The translations under genes and the position numbers were made by a program. From Vicugna vicugna (Eukaryota): a stretch of 64,000 nt of DNA. Shown here in pieces: positions 52,113 to 64,000 of the stretch; positions within the stretch are counted from its first letter, which is position 1, and every line of letters starts with the position of its first letter. The notes below the pieces were generated by a model. The model saw only the letters and a program-made list of their open reading frames with translations. It was not told the origin of the DNA and made no database searches. Location of the stretch: contig MU057744.1 in the NCBI GenBank assembly GCA_013265495.1, forward strand, positions 2,927,370 to 2,991,369. Reading direction: 5' to 3'.

Positions 52113-52807
52113 TGCTTACTGAAGGTATTTTTTTGTCAGAGAACAGACCTCAGGTGTGTGTTGTTTCTCAGCCAGTCATCAAGTATATACCCTTTAGAAC
52201 AGAGCTGACACTGCCCCTGGTGTCGGGTTCCTGTCCTGTCGCAGAAGAAATTCAGAGACCAGACGCGGAGGTCAAGAAAGTGAAGTGGGGGTTTATTAAG
52301 GGATGGACAGGACACTCTCAAGGGGAGAGAGGCAGGCCCAGTGAGCAGCTGCCCGAGTTTCTTTGGCAGGTTAGTTGCGCAGAGTGTAAAAATGAATGGG
52401 CAGAATATTCGCTGGGGAGGGGTTTAGGGATCATATTCTGATGTCCATCCCAGCTCCACCTTCCCGAGGGGCGGGGAGATTTTTGTCCTTATTTAGTCTG
52501 GATCGGAAGTGTCCTGGCATTGGTGCATGATGGGCATTCTCATCTGCAAGGCTGATTTTATTGAAATGAGGGCACAATGAGCAAAAGGTTGCACTGAGGC
52601 ACTGGAGAGCCCTGCCTTTCCCCACCTTTCTTTGTCTGCCTCCAGGCTGCTTGCCACCCCAGTGTGTGTGATCGCTCATCAGCCCAGAGGTTCCTGCTTT
52701 CCTCTGTCTGCCCAGGGACCCTTGGTGCTCACAAGATGTATGCTTTCCTGTATTTGGCCCGAGTCCCCCTTTCTCTGCTCATATCTAGCTGTCTGCCTGC
52801 TCTAGCA
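52113..52807 (-). mobile_element. ERV1-class solo LTR (MER4-group-like); left boundary uncertain
   Basis: Reverse complement begins TGCTAGAGCAGGCAGACAGCTAGATATGAGCAGAGAAAGGGG. Minus-strand AATAAA at about 52292. Candidate TSD TAAG/AAAG. Confidence 0.7.
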
Positions 52808-55800
52808 AAAGGGCACAACCCCCAAATGGTGCCTAATTAAGTAACTTCTTAATCCCTGACTGTGACATTAGCTGAGACACCTTTATGGTTAAACTTCATA
52901 AACTGCTCGTCTCCCCGGGGTGATGGAATTCGCACTTGCTCTTTGTCTGTAAGACACGCCCCTCTGGGCCGGGTTCCTGTTCAGCGGTCTCTCATGCTTA
53001 GCACCCCTCGTCTTGACAGCTCCATTTATAAGCCAGCAGACCGAGGACAGAAATGGAAAAAAACAAGCAAAAATAAATTCTCCTGATAGTGATCATTAAC
53101 TAGTGGAAAGGTTTATAAAGTTTCCCCAAATTATCGGTTATTATTTTAAGCATGATTCATCATTTGGTGATGAATAGATCTGAAATGGAAACAAAAACGG
53201 GCAAGAACATTTATAATTGGAAAAATTATCAGAGCTGTTGGTTGCTAGCCGAGTTAAGCAGAAGTAAGACAAGGAGAAAAAGCAAGCAAAAATGCAGCCA
53301 TTCCCCAGATTGGAGCCAGTTCCCCTGCTTTCCTGGGTCGGTCTTCGTAAGGCCTTGGGCCCGCGCACCTAGTGTGTCAGCGTCTGCTGAGACACTTCAC
53401 AGCCCTTATTTCTGTGAAGAGGCAGGCGGTGCCGTAACAGATCTTTTGCTTCATTTGACATCTAGAGTTTCCGGTATTTCTCTTCCCGAGCAGAGTGGAG
53501 TCTGCAGACGGGGGTTTCGGGAGTTAGCAGGTTTATAGCTCAGCATGTCTGTCTGCAAACCGGCAGAGACCAGCCCTCAGGTGCTGGGGAGGGCGCTGGA
53601 CTCTAAGTGCATCAAACCAACCGCCGGCACATTTGGAAAAGGTACAAAGACCGTGTACACTGTTGGCGACCTGGGATCACCTAAAGCAAACATGCCCACA
53701 AGCTGGTCCTCGGGAGAGACGGGGAGAGGCCTTCCCAGGTCCTTAAAGCTTCTGCTTGTTTTTCGTGGTTGTAACTAGTCATTTTACGTAAGACAACAGT
53801 CTTTAAGTCTTGCCCTGACCAGTTTGTTTGCAAAGCTGTGTGTGTGAGTCTGCACACTTCTCATCAGCTGAACTTGTGTTACTGTGCAAAGATGAAGAAC
53901 CTTAAAATCCTTGAGAACAAACGTTTAAGTGAGATTAAGATCAAACTCCAAATACACCATTTGTTTTTAGTGCTAGGTGCTACTTGAGTTTCACTGCACA
54001 CCTTGGAAAGAGACGGCCCACACGTGCACCTTGAACTGTGTATGGCGGTGCGAGTCCTCGGATACTTCCTTTGTCATGGCAGGTTGCCACAGACTCTGTG
54101 TCGTTCAGCGTTGAAGACAGCACAGACAGACATGACTTGTTCTTTATCCTGTGTTCTTGGGGGTAAGGACTTGCTGAGCTGGAGCCGTGTCGACTGTCCC
54201 TGGAGATGATGTATCCTTGGCAAGGACAGGCGTGGGAGAGAAGTCGGCATGCCCGGTTGCTGCCTGGAGCCTCTGCAGTTTCTCTCCTGCTGAGTTCTCT
54301 GTGCCCGTTGCCTCTCCCTACCCAATGGCTGGTTGTTAATTCATCACTGTTGGCTGTTAATTTGCACAAGTCCTTGGGCTGCATTTACTCAAGGCTGAGG
54401 TTTAAAAAAATATTTACAAATAAGGGTAAAACGGCAGTTTAGTGGACCCGCCTATCTTTAACATTTTCATTTGACTGTGCAAAGTATTACTGCTTGATGG
54501 TTTGATGTGTCTCCCTTATTGTGAGATAACAAAGCTGATTTTATTCCATTTAACAGTGATTTACCAGAGTCTGAGGGAGTTGTTCCCAATTATAAACATA
54601 TTTGAAGTGAATTTACAATGCTTATCTCCTCCACAGGTGACTGGTGGCTTTGGGGGATGGAAGTGATTTACGGGAGAGTCGCGTATTTGAGGAACAATCT
54701 GACGGCTGCGTGATCGGTCATGAGTCAGATGGTCCCCTGATACAGTCTCACCGTGAACACTTCTTACTCGAGTCTTCTGCAGCTTGAGAAGCAGAGCTGG
54801 CCTCTGTAGTCTTACTGATATAAAACCCGTACCAGTTTTTCCAAATAAATAATAGTGAGAACCCAGTCTTGAAAAAACTGTAAAAAACCAGACTTTTCAA
54901 AATTGCAGAGCTCCCACACGGGCTGAGGAAGACTTGCTGCTCACTAAGGCTGGGGGCTTTGTGAGCTGACCACGACTTCCAAAGCTGTGATCAACACAGG
55001 GTGCTTCATGGGAAAGCATTTGCTCAATGAAGCCTCTGAAGGAGTGCTTAGCAAGTGCAAATGCAAAGAAAGTTGTTTTTCCTCTCTGAGCCTGAGTCGC
55101 ATAATGTCTTGACTCGTCAGAGGCCAGGTAGGTGGGCCCAAAGCTGGCCGAGGAGAGACGTCCGTCGTCTCAGAGAATTCGGGAGAGAGTAAAAGAAGGA
55201 TCAGGTAAGGTCTTCCTTTTCTCCCGATTATGTCACTGGCGCTCTTTTGGATAAAATACGTGTTTCATGTTTTCTAGTTAACAGACTCCTGCTACATTTA
55301 CTGTTATGTAATGCCGACCAAAAATAGCTTGTGAAACTCTCCCTTTCAATATTTGGAATCACGGCCTTTGAGTCCTGAGAGCCGAGCGTGCCAGGCATGT
55401 CCTAGGTTTTCGCTAGTGCTGATAAGAACCCTGCGGCTGAGTTAGTTTTCCTACTTTATTTGATGAGAACAACAAAAAGCCTTAGTCTGATTGTGGGTCT
55501 TCCCTCGAGAGGCACACGGTTCAAATGTACCAGAGAAAAATGAAAGCCCGTGATATTTTCACTTTGCCTGGTTTCTCTCTCTATATTTTTAATTGTTTTA
55601 TGTTTTAAAAAAGAAGAACATAAGGTTAAAAGAGTCAAAGAACACACACACACACAGGTTCTACAGGGTGCAGCCAGCCCCACAAAGATAAACAAGACAT
55701 TTTACAGTATAATAGGAGACAGACGTTTCATACACAACTGCAATAAAAAGAATGTTTTGGATAAATTGAGGACAGAAAGTACGGGGATTTAGAAAAGAGG

Positions 55801-56084
55801 AAGCAATTAATTTGTGCCGGAGGGAATGAGAGGGACTTTGGCAGAGGCTGGGCGGGTGAGCCGGGGTGGGAAGGTGAGCAGACCTTGGTCGAGGAGACGG
55901 GTCAGGTGTGGGGAGCAGCCGGGCTGGCGCTGGGGCCTGGGCTGGGACCAGGTCCGGGATGCCCTGCTGGAGAGTCTGTGCTCCGTTCAGTTCCTCTCCG
56001 AGAAGCTGGGGGGAGGGAAGTAACTGAATGATAGAGTCAGAACGGTAACTGGCAAAATAGCATAGCATGCCCTAGATGAGAAAC

Positions 56085-56830
56085 AGTGCGGTCCACGGAG
56101 ACCGGACCTGGTCTGCGTCCTGGGGCGCGGGGCAGCCGGAGCGCCGCTCCGAGGGGAGGGCGGGGCGGGGCGGCCCCCGGACGCCTGCTGCGGAAAGCCG
56201 AGGCACCGGGCTGTCCTGAGGGCTCCCGTGCTAGTGGCCGGAGGGGACGAGGCTCCGAGGGCGAGCGGTGGACCCCGACCTCCTTCTGGGCAGCAGGCCA
56301 GCGGGCTTCGTGCCTGCACGAGTGGCAGCGCGACTGCAGCGGCGGGACGAGTGCCATGCGCGCCCAAGGGGCAGACGCGTTTCAGGGCCAAGGCCCCTGC
56401 GTCGCGAGGTGGGGCGGGGATCCTCAGCGGAGCGGAGCGCAGCGCCGCTCTCGTCCCAGCCGTGTCACACCCGCGAAGACGTGGGGTGCGGAGGGGCGCG
56501 CGGCGGTGAGGGCCCAGCGCCCCTTCGTGGAAGCGCAGGCTCCCGCAGTGGGCTTCTGGCCCTCTCCCGACCGCCGTTTCCGTGCGCTTAGGAATGGAGC
56601 CTTCAGAGCTTCGGGTGGACATTTGTGAAAGTGGTTGGAATGGGGCTCAGTAAGAAGCCAGGTCGCATTAGCCGCTGCCATTGGCATCGCCACGCATCCG
56701 TCTAGTCCTCCACGCACAGAGCCAGGGGGCACGGCGCGCTGTTTTCCGGGCCCCGGGGAGCCGAGGGGAAAGACGCAGCCTGCCAGCAAGGAACGGCCAA
56801 GGGAGAGGAAAGCGAGTGACAGCTGCAGAG
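56085..56830. promoter_or_regulatory. Intronic CpG island with tandem GC boxes (possible alternative promoter or enhancer)
   Basis: Dense CpG; GGGGAGGGCGGGGCGGGGCGG at 56153-56173. Confidence 0.75.
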
Positions 56831-58481
56831 GGTACCGATCCATTAGAGAAAAAAAAGATTGTGTTAATCACCAAACATCCTAAGTGGTGTGCGCTTTCTA
56901 AGCCTGAAGACGGAAGAAGTAACAAAGACAGACAGAACTGAGTGCATTTGTGCTTACACCTTTTATACCAAACAAAAAATCAGATTAGGGGCTGATTCAA
57001 CTGTAAGTATGATCTGTAGCAAAACCAGGAAAGGGGAAGTGTCTTCAGCAGGTGGCTGACTGTTTTAGAACATGAGCGCTCTGTCCAGTTTGCAGCAAAC
57101 AGCCCAGTTTACCTCATCGGAGAAAAGATACCTAAGTTGCCTAAATAATGAAACAAATGATCCTCTGCGAACACTGAGAAGGAAGTATCAACCCAGGTGC
57201 TTAGCGTAAGTGACACGTTGTTGTGGTTACAGGTGATTTTAAAAGAAGGCAGAGTGTTAGGGGTCATCATTACTGTAAAACGCCCCAATAATTTTACTTC
57301 AGGCAAGTAATTTTTTTCAGTCTGGTTACAAGTTAGCTAAACCACGGAACAGGGTGCTGGGGGGTGGACTCGATGTCAGGAATCCAGACCAGGACTCTCC
57401 ATGGGTCGGGGTGGAGCTGAGAGCCTGCTTGCCTTTAAAGCGCTTTGTTCTGTGAGTCTCCAGCAGCACAAAGTATGAAGTCGAGGACACGGGTTCTCGG
57501 CTAGAGGATGAACAGTGAGCCTCGCACTTGATTTTTAACACAATGGCGCTATTTGTCATGACCGTTTGTTACCATAAAAGTATAAACTGAAAGGTAGCAG
57601 TGATGGGTGAGTGTAATATATTACGTTAAATAAACTTGTCCCGTGCACGGTGCGTGGAAAGCTCTGTTTACATTACAGTAAGCTGTTTTCTGCTGCATTT
57701 ACAATTCTGCTGGGCAAATAAATTAAGAAGGCTTATGACAGCTCGCTTTAGTTTATCTGGTCAAACCCCCGAGACATTATGAGGATAATTTTAGCATATT
57801 TAACTCTGTGTAGGTATTTAGTAATGCGATACCAACAAAGTCTGTTTTTTTTTTTTAAAGGAAAGAATGTTTTAGCTGATCTTTTAGGATAAAGGACAAA
57901 AGAAAATTACTGGACCAAAAGCTGAGCAGCACAACCCAGCAGATGATAGGCTTTCCAAGGAGGTGAGCGTAAAGGTCGGGGAGACTTTAAAAATGGGAGG
58001 CTGTGCGATGTGCAGCAGGACGTGTTCACACTCCCTCCCACCAGCTGATCCAGGTTCCTGCTGTGGTTTGGACCCAACGTGAAAGTGGAGGAGTTGAAGG
58101 GGGTGTGGAATTTGCAGGTGGTTCTAAATCCTCCTCTGTTTTGAGTAGAATAGATGCTAAGACATGAAGTTGAGTTCATTACAGTATTTACTGCAGTAAA
58201 TACAGGCCCCCGTGAATGTTACACAGCGTGTGCCTCTCAGGCCGCTCTGTTATGTCTCCCTCCGGCCACGTAGGACCCACTTGCCTTGAGCACCTCGGGG
58301 CCCTGCGTCTGCACATGGCTGCTCCCTTTGCGAAGAATGCTTTTCCCTCCTCCTCCAGGGGAGAATGTTACTGTCCTTCTCTGCCCACCTCCAGCTCGCC
58401 CTCACCTCTAAAGCTTGTCTGCAAGGCATTTTCAGGTACCTCTTCTTCTGTTAAATAAACATGAGAATACACACTCCTTCT

Positions 58482-58728
58482 AACAGACTCACAGATCAGA
58501 AAACAAACTCACGTTCACCGAGGGGAAGAGGGGAGGGAGGGAGAGATTCGGGACTAACAGACACAAACTACTATTCATGAAACAGTCAAGCAACAAGCAT
58601 TTACTATCTAATACAGGGAATTATATTCAATATCTTGTAATAACCTACAGTGGCATGTAATCTGAAAAAACGTAACCGAATCACTTTGTGCACTTGAAAC
58701 TAACACAGTACTGAACTTCACTGAAAAA
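58482..58728 (+). mobile_element. Short L1 3' UTR fragment
   Basis: AACAGACTCACAGA...AACAAACTCACG...CAGGGAATTATATTCAATATCTTGTAATAACCTA. Confidence 0.8.
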
Positions 58729-59456
58729 TACATATATACTGCACCTAAAATTAACGTAAATATATTGCATAAAAACATAGAAATCCAAAGCTAAATGTAA
58801 ATACCAGCCGTGACTCCGTGGATCGAGATACGTGTTATTAGTATTTTAGTGTATTTTCTTCCAGTTTAAGCTTCTGCAAACCCATCTCCCCTCCAAGAAG
58901 CGAGCGATTCCAGCAGCAGCAGAAGCAACTAGGGGACCGACGTGTGTGCTCTCGTATTCTCCCTTCTTCTTGCCATCGGATCGTGTGCCTTTTAAAATCT
59001 TTAAATGTCGTTGTAAAGCACTATGTTAGTATTTTCACAGTAGTTTGTCGCGTGAGCATAATTAATGTAAGGGTTTCTCTCTTGTTGGCTATGAAGGCTA
59101 TTTAAAATATTTCGCTTTTATAAACAAAGCATTTCTGTGCTCGTCTAACGCCATTTCTGTGGAGCAGATTCCTAGAGAAAGAATTCCTGGGCGTGTGCAT
59201 GTCTACTGCTTTAGAAATATTCTGTCAGAGGGGTCCTGGGGAGGCCAGTCGCTTCGCGGTGCTGCCGGCTGCGTGCTGCTGCTGCCTTTACACTGAGCCC
59301 TTCCTGCAAGGGCAGCCTCGTCGCTCTGGTTCAGTGATTTACTCCTCGCCTCTCCTGCTCCCTCGATTGCCAGCTTCCAGGGGGCAGGAGCTGTGTCTTG
59401 TTCATTCTGAATCCCGGGGTCTAGGGCAGAGCCTGCTCTGGAAAATACGTGTCTCA

Positions 59457-59791
59457 TGTATATGCAGAATCTAGAAAAGACAAACCGACTTATTTACAAA
59501 ACAGAAATAGACTCACAGACGTAGAAAACAAACTTAGGGTTACCGGGGGGAAGGGGGTGGGAAGGGGTAAGCTGGGAGTTCGAGATTTGCAGATACTGAC
59601 TGCTAGATACAAAATAGATAAACAACAAGTTCACACTGTACAGCACAGGGGACTATATTCAATATCTTGTAGTGACCTATAATGAAAAAGGGCATGAAAA
59701 GGAACACATGTATGCACATGTATGACTGAAGCACTGTGCTGTGCACCAGAAATCGACACAACCCTGTAAACTGACTAGACTTCAATAAAAA
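59457..59791 (+). mobile_element. 5'-truncated young L1 3' UTR
   Basis: GCAGAATCTAGAAAA...AAATAGACTCACAGACGTAGAAAACAAAC...CTAGACTTCAATAAAAA. Confidence 0.9.
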
Positions 59792-60069
59792 CGTTACGGA
59801 ATGAATTATACTTTACCAGTTTTTCTTTCTAATCTATCATCTATTTCTATAAGTTGATTCTTAATTGCCAGTGATATTTGAAAAATAGGGCATTCTGCCT
59901 TTTCTGCTGTTCAGTGGATCCACCCTGTGATCTCGTGTGTTCACCTGAGGACGGACCTCGTCCTAGCCTGTGACAGAGTCCCTCTGTCACACAGCGTGCA
60001 CCGTGCAGGGAATAAACACGGTCATGAAAAGTGAGTTGGCATCTATCCCACTTTTTTAAAATCTGCATT

Positions 60070-60150
60070 CTTTTTAATTGAAGTCTAGTCGGTTACAATG
60101 TGTTAATTTCTGGTGCACAGCATAATGCTTCAGTCAGACGTACATGTACA
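60070..60150 (-). mobile_element. Very short L1 3' tail
   Basis: TTTTTAATTGAAGTCTAGTCGGTTACAATGTGTTAATTTCTGGTGCACAGC. Confidence 0.75.
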
Positions 60151-62489
60151 AGAATGCGTATTTAGGTAGGAAGGCACCTGTTAAGTCAGGAATGTGGAGG
60201 GCTGGCCTCACAGCAGAGTCAGGACTGCAGACTCCAGTAGGATCTGAGGTTCAGCCTGGTAGCTGATAATGAAAAGCCCAGCCAAGAGATGGGAAAAAAT
60301 AAAAGAAAATATGTATTTTACAAGGCAGTACTGCTGGATGCCAAAATATGAGTAACGTAGTTCAAAATAAACATAATAAAGTATTTGATCTTGTTTTCCT
60401 AAATTCTTCTGCCTTTTAAAATTGAATATTGTGTTTTAATATACCTATTTTATTAGATTTTAGAAATAAAATTATTAATTACATGCAGTATATTTTGAAA
60501 CAAAAGAAAATATAAAATTAAAAACAGACTGGCGCATATCTTTTTTATTACATTATACAACATTCTTGCTAAATATACTTTCCTAAAATAATAGTTCTAT
60601 CCTTTAAAAGGTGACATTTATCCATTTCCCAGAGCTGTATGATACAAGCTGATGCCCACAGGTTAGGATTCAAATTCCCACACATTCTACCCTGATTTTG
60701 GACACAGGACACAGAAGAATTCATAAGTTAAAGTAGTTGTGAACACGGGTAATTATGTTTAACCTGGGTTTGGACTCCGTGAATGTGGCAGAAATCACTG
60801 GCCATTCATGGATGCTAATTGTAATATGCTGCTTTTAGAAGTTTGTGTCATTTATAATTAAACAGGGAACGATGCTCTCATTACCCAGCCATGGATAGTT
60901 ACAGCGATAAGTGGCTGCGGCAGTCCCGGGGGTTCCAAACAGAGTAAGAAGATCTCGAGGATTCTAGAAATTAATTGCTTCATTAAGCCAAGATTCTAAA
61001 AGTGGCTTCCTGTTTTAAAAATCTCTGCCCAGAGAACCACTGAGTTGCTGAATATGTTCCAGTGTTTCCAATATCAACTTGCACTGTAGCCAAGATATCT
61101 CACCGCGATGTAGGTTCACTGTAATTGCACCGGAGCCATAAGTCTGCTGCCTGACGTCAGCAAACAAGGAAGGAATGGACGTGTCCGGTTCATTACTCAA
61201 CGGGAATATAAATTACAACAGACCTCCGGGTTAAAATCCGACAGCTACATTTGAAAAGAAAGTGGCCCCTGTTCCAGAAAGCAGTGACAGTGAAACACAC
61301 TCTTCCGTTAGCCTTGCTTCTGATTAACCGGTGGTGGGGAGGGGTCCTCCGGGAGATCAGGGGGACGGCCGTCTGCTCGGGAGCCCCTGACTCCGTGAAC
61401 ATAACGTCTCCATTTTCTTCAGCTCTGCTGTTAAGAAATGAGAAGGAGGAAGCCTTTTAGCTGCTAATTGTTCGTTCCTGCCTCACGAGGGTTCTCAGTA
61501 GGAAAGCAGCTCATTGAGACAGGAAATGGATCCGTTGTATCCTGTGTGCTGCTGGGGCAAAAGCGAGGCTGAAAGGCCTTCCTCTAAAAGTGGATTTAAT
61601 CTTCAGTGTCGTTCTGTCTGCATCTAGGCGGACGTCTACCGTGGGATCCGTGTCTCGCCTCCGGCGGCAAAGTGCCATCTTCGTCTGGTCTTGCAAACTG
61701 TTGTGTGCCCACACTCTGTCACGTCACCAACAAGGTGTTGCCTGCGTCCCTTTCCACACAGTGAATGCGGGTGCCCGAAGGGACAAGTTGAACCATTGAA
61801 AAGCAGGCTGCACGTAGATATAAATTACGCCTTCTGCTGGACAAGACGTTAATTACGCGTCCTCTTAGACCGTCTTAGATACCGCAGAGTCTCAAACAGT
61901 AGGAGTGTCATGCTCATGAGCAAATCTGACTATGACATTTCGGAAACAGGCACCGAAAAGAGATTTCGATGTCCTGGGGGTTGACTGGGAGAGGATGAGG
62001 AGGAGGGTGTGGGGGCTAAGCAGGATGACCCCAAACCACGATCTAGGTCTGGCATCTCTGAGGGAGGGGAGCAGTGAGCAGGCTGGAGAGCCTGACACTG
62101 CAGCGCAGCCTCCCTCCCAGGCACACAGCGGGGGCAGGAGAAGCCGGGGGGGGGGGGTGCTGGCCTGGCAGGGTCACAGGGCCTGCTTTACCTCCACAGC
62201 GACCCTCCCAAAGCAGGTTCAGTCCAGGGGAGCTCCGAGCGGAGCATCGAGGCGCCTGTACTGACCAATATGTGAAAAACAGAAACGCCTCTTTACAGAG
62301 GAGCAGCATTTGGAAGCTCATCTCCCTCTAACCCGTTTGGCAAAGTCTGCGGGTGGGTGTGTGTCCTCACTTTGTGGTTTGGTTGTGAGTGTCCGCACGG
62401 CGCACGGCAGCTGTCACTCCACAGAAACCTGCAGCTGGCGGCGTCTTTGACGCTGGCGTCAGCCTTTCCCACCACAGCCGGGCCAGCCT

Positions 62490-62675
62490 TGGGAGTCTGG
62501 ATTCAGCCCTCCCCTCCCCTCCTTCACATGGCCTCAGGAGGGTTATTTTACTTTTTAAGCCTCAGTTTTCTCAGCTGTCCACTGATAAGAATAATGTAAA
62601 GGGTGGAAAGTGAGGGTTTCGTGAGAGGACACATCAACTTCTCAACATGACGCTTAGTACCTAGAACACTGACAG
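62490..62675 (+). mobile_element. MIR SINE remnant
   Basis: GTTATTTTACTTTTTAAGCCTCAGTTTTCTCAGCTGT...GATAAGAATA. Confidence 0.65.
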
Positions 62676-63754
62676 TTTTTACTGTGACTCTGAGACCCTC
62701 CTGTTATCCACACATCTCATGCTCTCAGGAGGAAATATCTGGGTTACTGTATGTTGTGCTGCTTGCATCTGCGCTCAGGAGGTTTGCTCTGAAAGCTCCG
62801 ATTGTGTTTTCCAATTTACTAGTAAGTAGAGAGAGGGTGAATGTGTCAGACGGCTACAAAGGGACAGCTGGGCCCGTGCCCAGTGCTGTGGGTTTAAGTG
62901 TGACATTTTGTCTATTCACAACTAAATGCAAGCTCCACTAAATGTACTAACCTCTCATGTTTCCGAAGAACAAAAATAAATGTCGGAGGCCCCGAGGCTT
63001 ACGGATGAGGGAGGCACGTTCCCGGTCTGCGCAGTGGCCGGGGCGGAGGCTCCACGGCGCTCGGTTCACAAGTCAAGAAATGATGGGCATTTTGTTACTT
63101 TTTTTGCTTTGGGAAGAACACCTGCCATAAAGTTATAAGCTGCTTGCGAATGCTCTTGATGGATGTTTTTCAAAAGTAAAGTATTTTGAGAAAGAGACGG
63201 TAGACTCAAGAGTGGGAGTCTGTACCATCTATCCTGTGGACCCAAACCAGGTGATCTGTGAAGCTGTCTCATCACTCGCCCTGGCCAGTGGTCGAAATTG
63301 TTCCGCATGTGGACGTGAATTTGCGGGTATCAGTTAAAATTCAGTTTTGCTGCCCTTGGTTTTGCCCAGGAAATGACATACCATGGCGGTGCGTGAATAT
63401 GAGGAGCTTGCATTGCAGTCGAGGGGAGAGAGAATGGAAGAGATAATCTGAGAAGCTGTATCACAAACGGGTAGGCTCTGTGGTATGTTGGGTGGTGATA
63501 AGTCTATGGAGAAAAACAAAGCTGAGATGAAGGCTGCGGTTTTAAGTGACGAGGGTTATGTGGTCTGTTGCCGCTTCTCCGGGCGCCCTCAAGGCCCTGG
63601 CCCCAGAGGCCCAGGTTTTCTAGTGCTGAGTGGGTGTGGCGGGGACGCAGGGGTAGCTGCGTGGGCTGGGCTGCACAGGGCGGGTCCTCCCCAAGGAGTG
63701 CTGGCTGTGTATCACACAGGATCCGGGGACTTCGCACGTCCTAGTTTAGTTTCC

Positions 63755-63922
63755 GTTACTTCTCTGAACAGCCCTCTAAGGAAGGCAAGGCTGTCTCCAT
63801 TGCACAGATGGAGACACTGAGGCCTAGCGTGGCTGTGTAACTCACCTGAAGTCACGAGGCTGGTCCCTGGTGGAGCTGGATTCAAACCCACACAGTCTGG
63901 CTCCAGAAGACATTCTTAACAG
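63755..63922 (-). mobile_element. MIR SINE
   Basis: CCATTGCACAGATGGAGACACTGAGGC...TAACTCACCTGAAGTCAC...GAGCTGGATTCAAACCCA...GTCTGGCTCCAGA. Confidence 0.8.
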
Positions 63923-64000
63923 GAAACCATGCCTGGAGAAGGAGAAGGACTGAATGTTGGTCCACTAGCGTGTAGGGAAGTGTTAGCAGGAAGTATTGGG

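Noticed and set aside
62146..62158. Poly-G run
   Set aside because: Isolated homopolymer of uncertain length with no supporting context.

Overview
Mammalian genomic DNA, most likely camelid, judged from two tRNA-Ala-derived Vic-1-type SINEs and a repeated young L1 3' UTR family. I find no supportable protein-coding exon. The window appears to hold about 6 kb of L1-rich upstream DNA, a CpG-island promoter with a non-coding first exon on the + strand (donor CAG|GTAAGG at 6979/6980), and about 57 kb of intron. The exon resembles my recollection of the supervillin (SVIL) 5' UTR; this is unverified. The intron contains about 15 L1 pieces (mostly antisense), LTRs, L2/MIR relics, DNA-transposon fossils and several secondary CpG islands. 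Three observations stand out. (1) Two CpG islands (about 1.3-1.7 kb and 42.8-43.3 kb) are old AT-rich L1 sequence rewritten to G/C, with less-altered copies in the same window as controls; this is the expected footprint of GC-biased gene conversion. (2) A 3 kb TSD-flanked L1 derivative nested in an older L1 has a 5'UTR and ORF1, inverted ORF2 scraps and a near-perfect 221-bp tandem duplication. (3) The leader exon has a start-stop element and a short uORF. Nearly all ORFs in the track are GC-rich or repeat-derived artefacts. Repeat family names come from recalled consensus similarity, not a database search.
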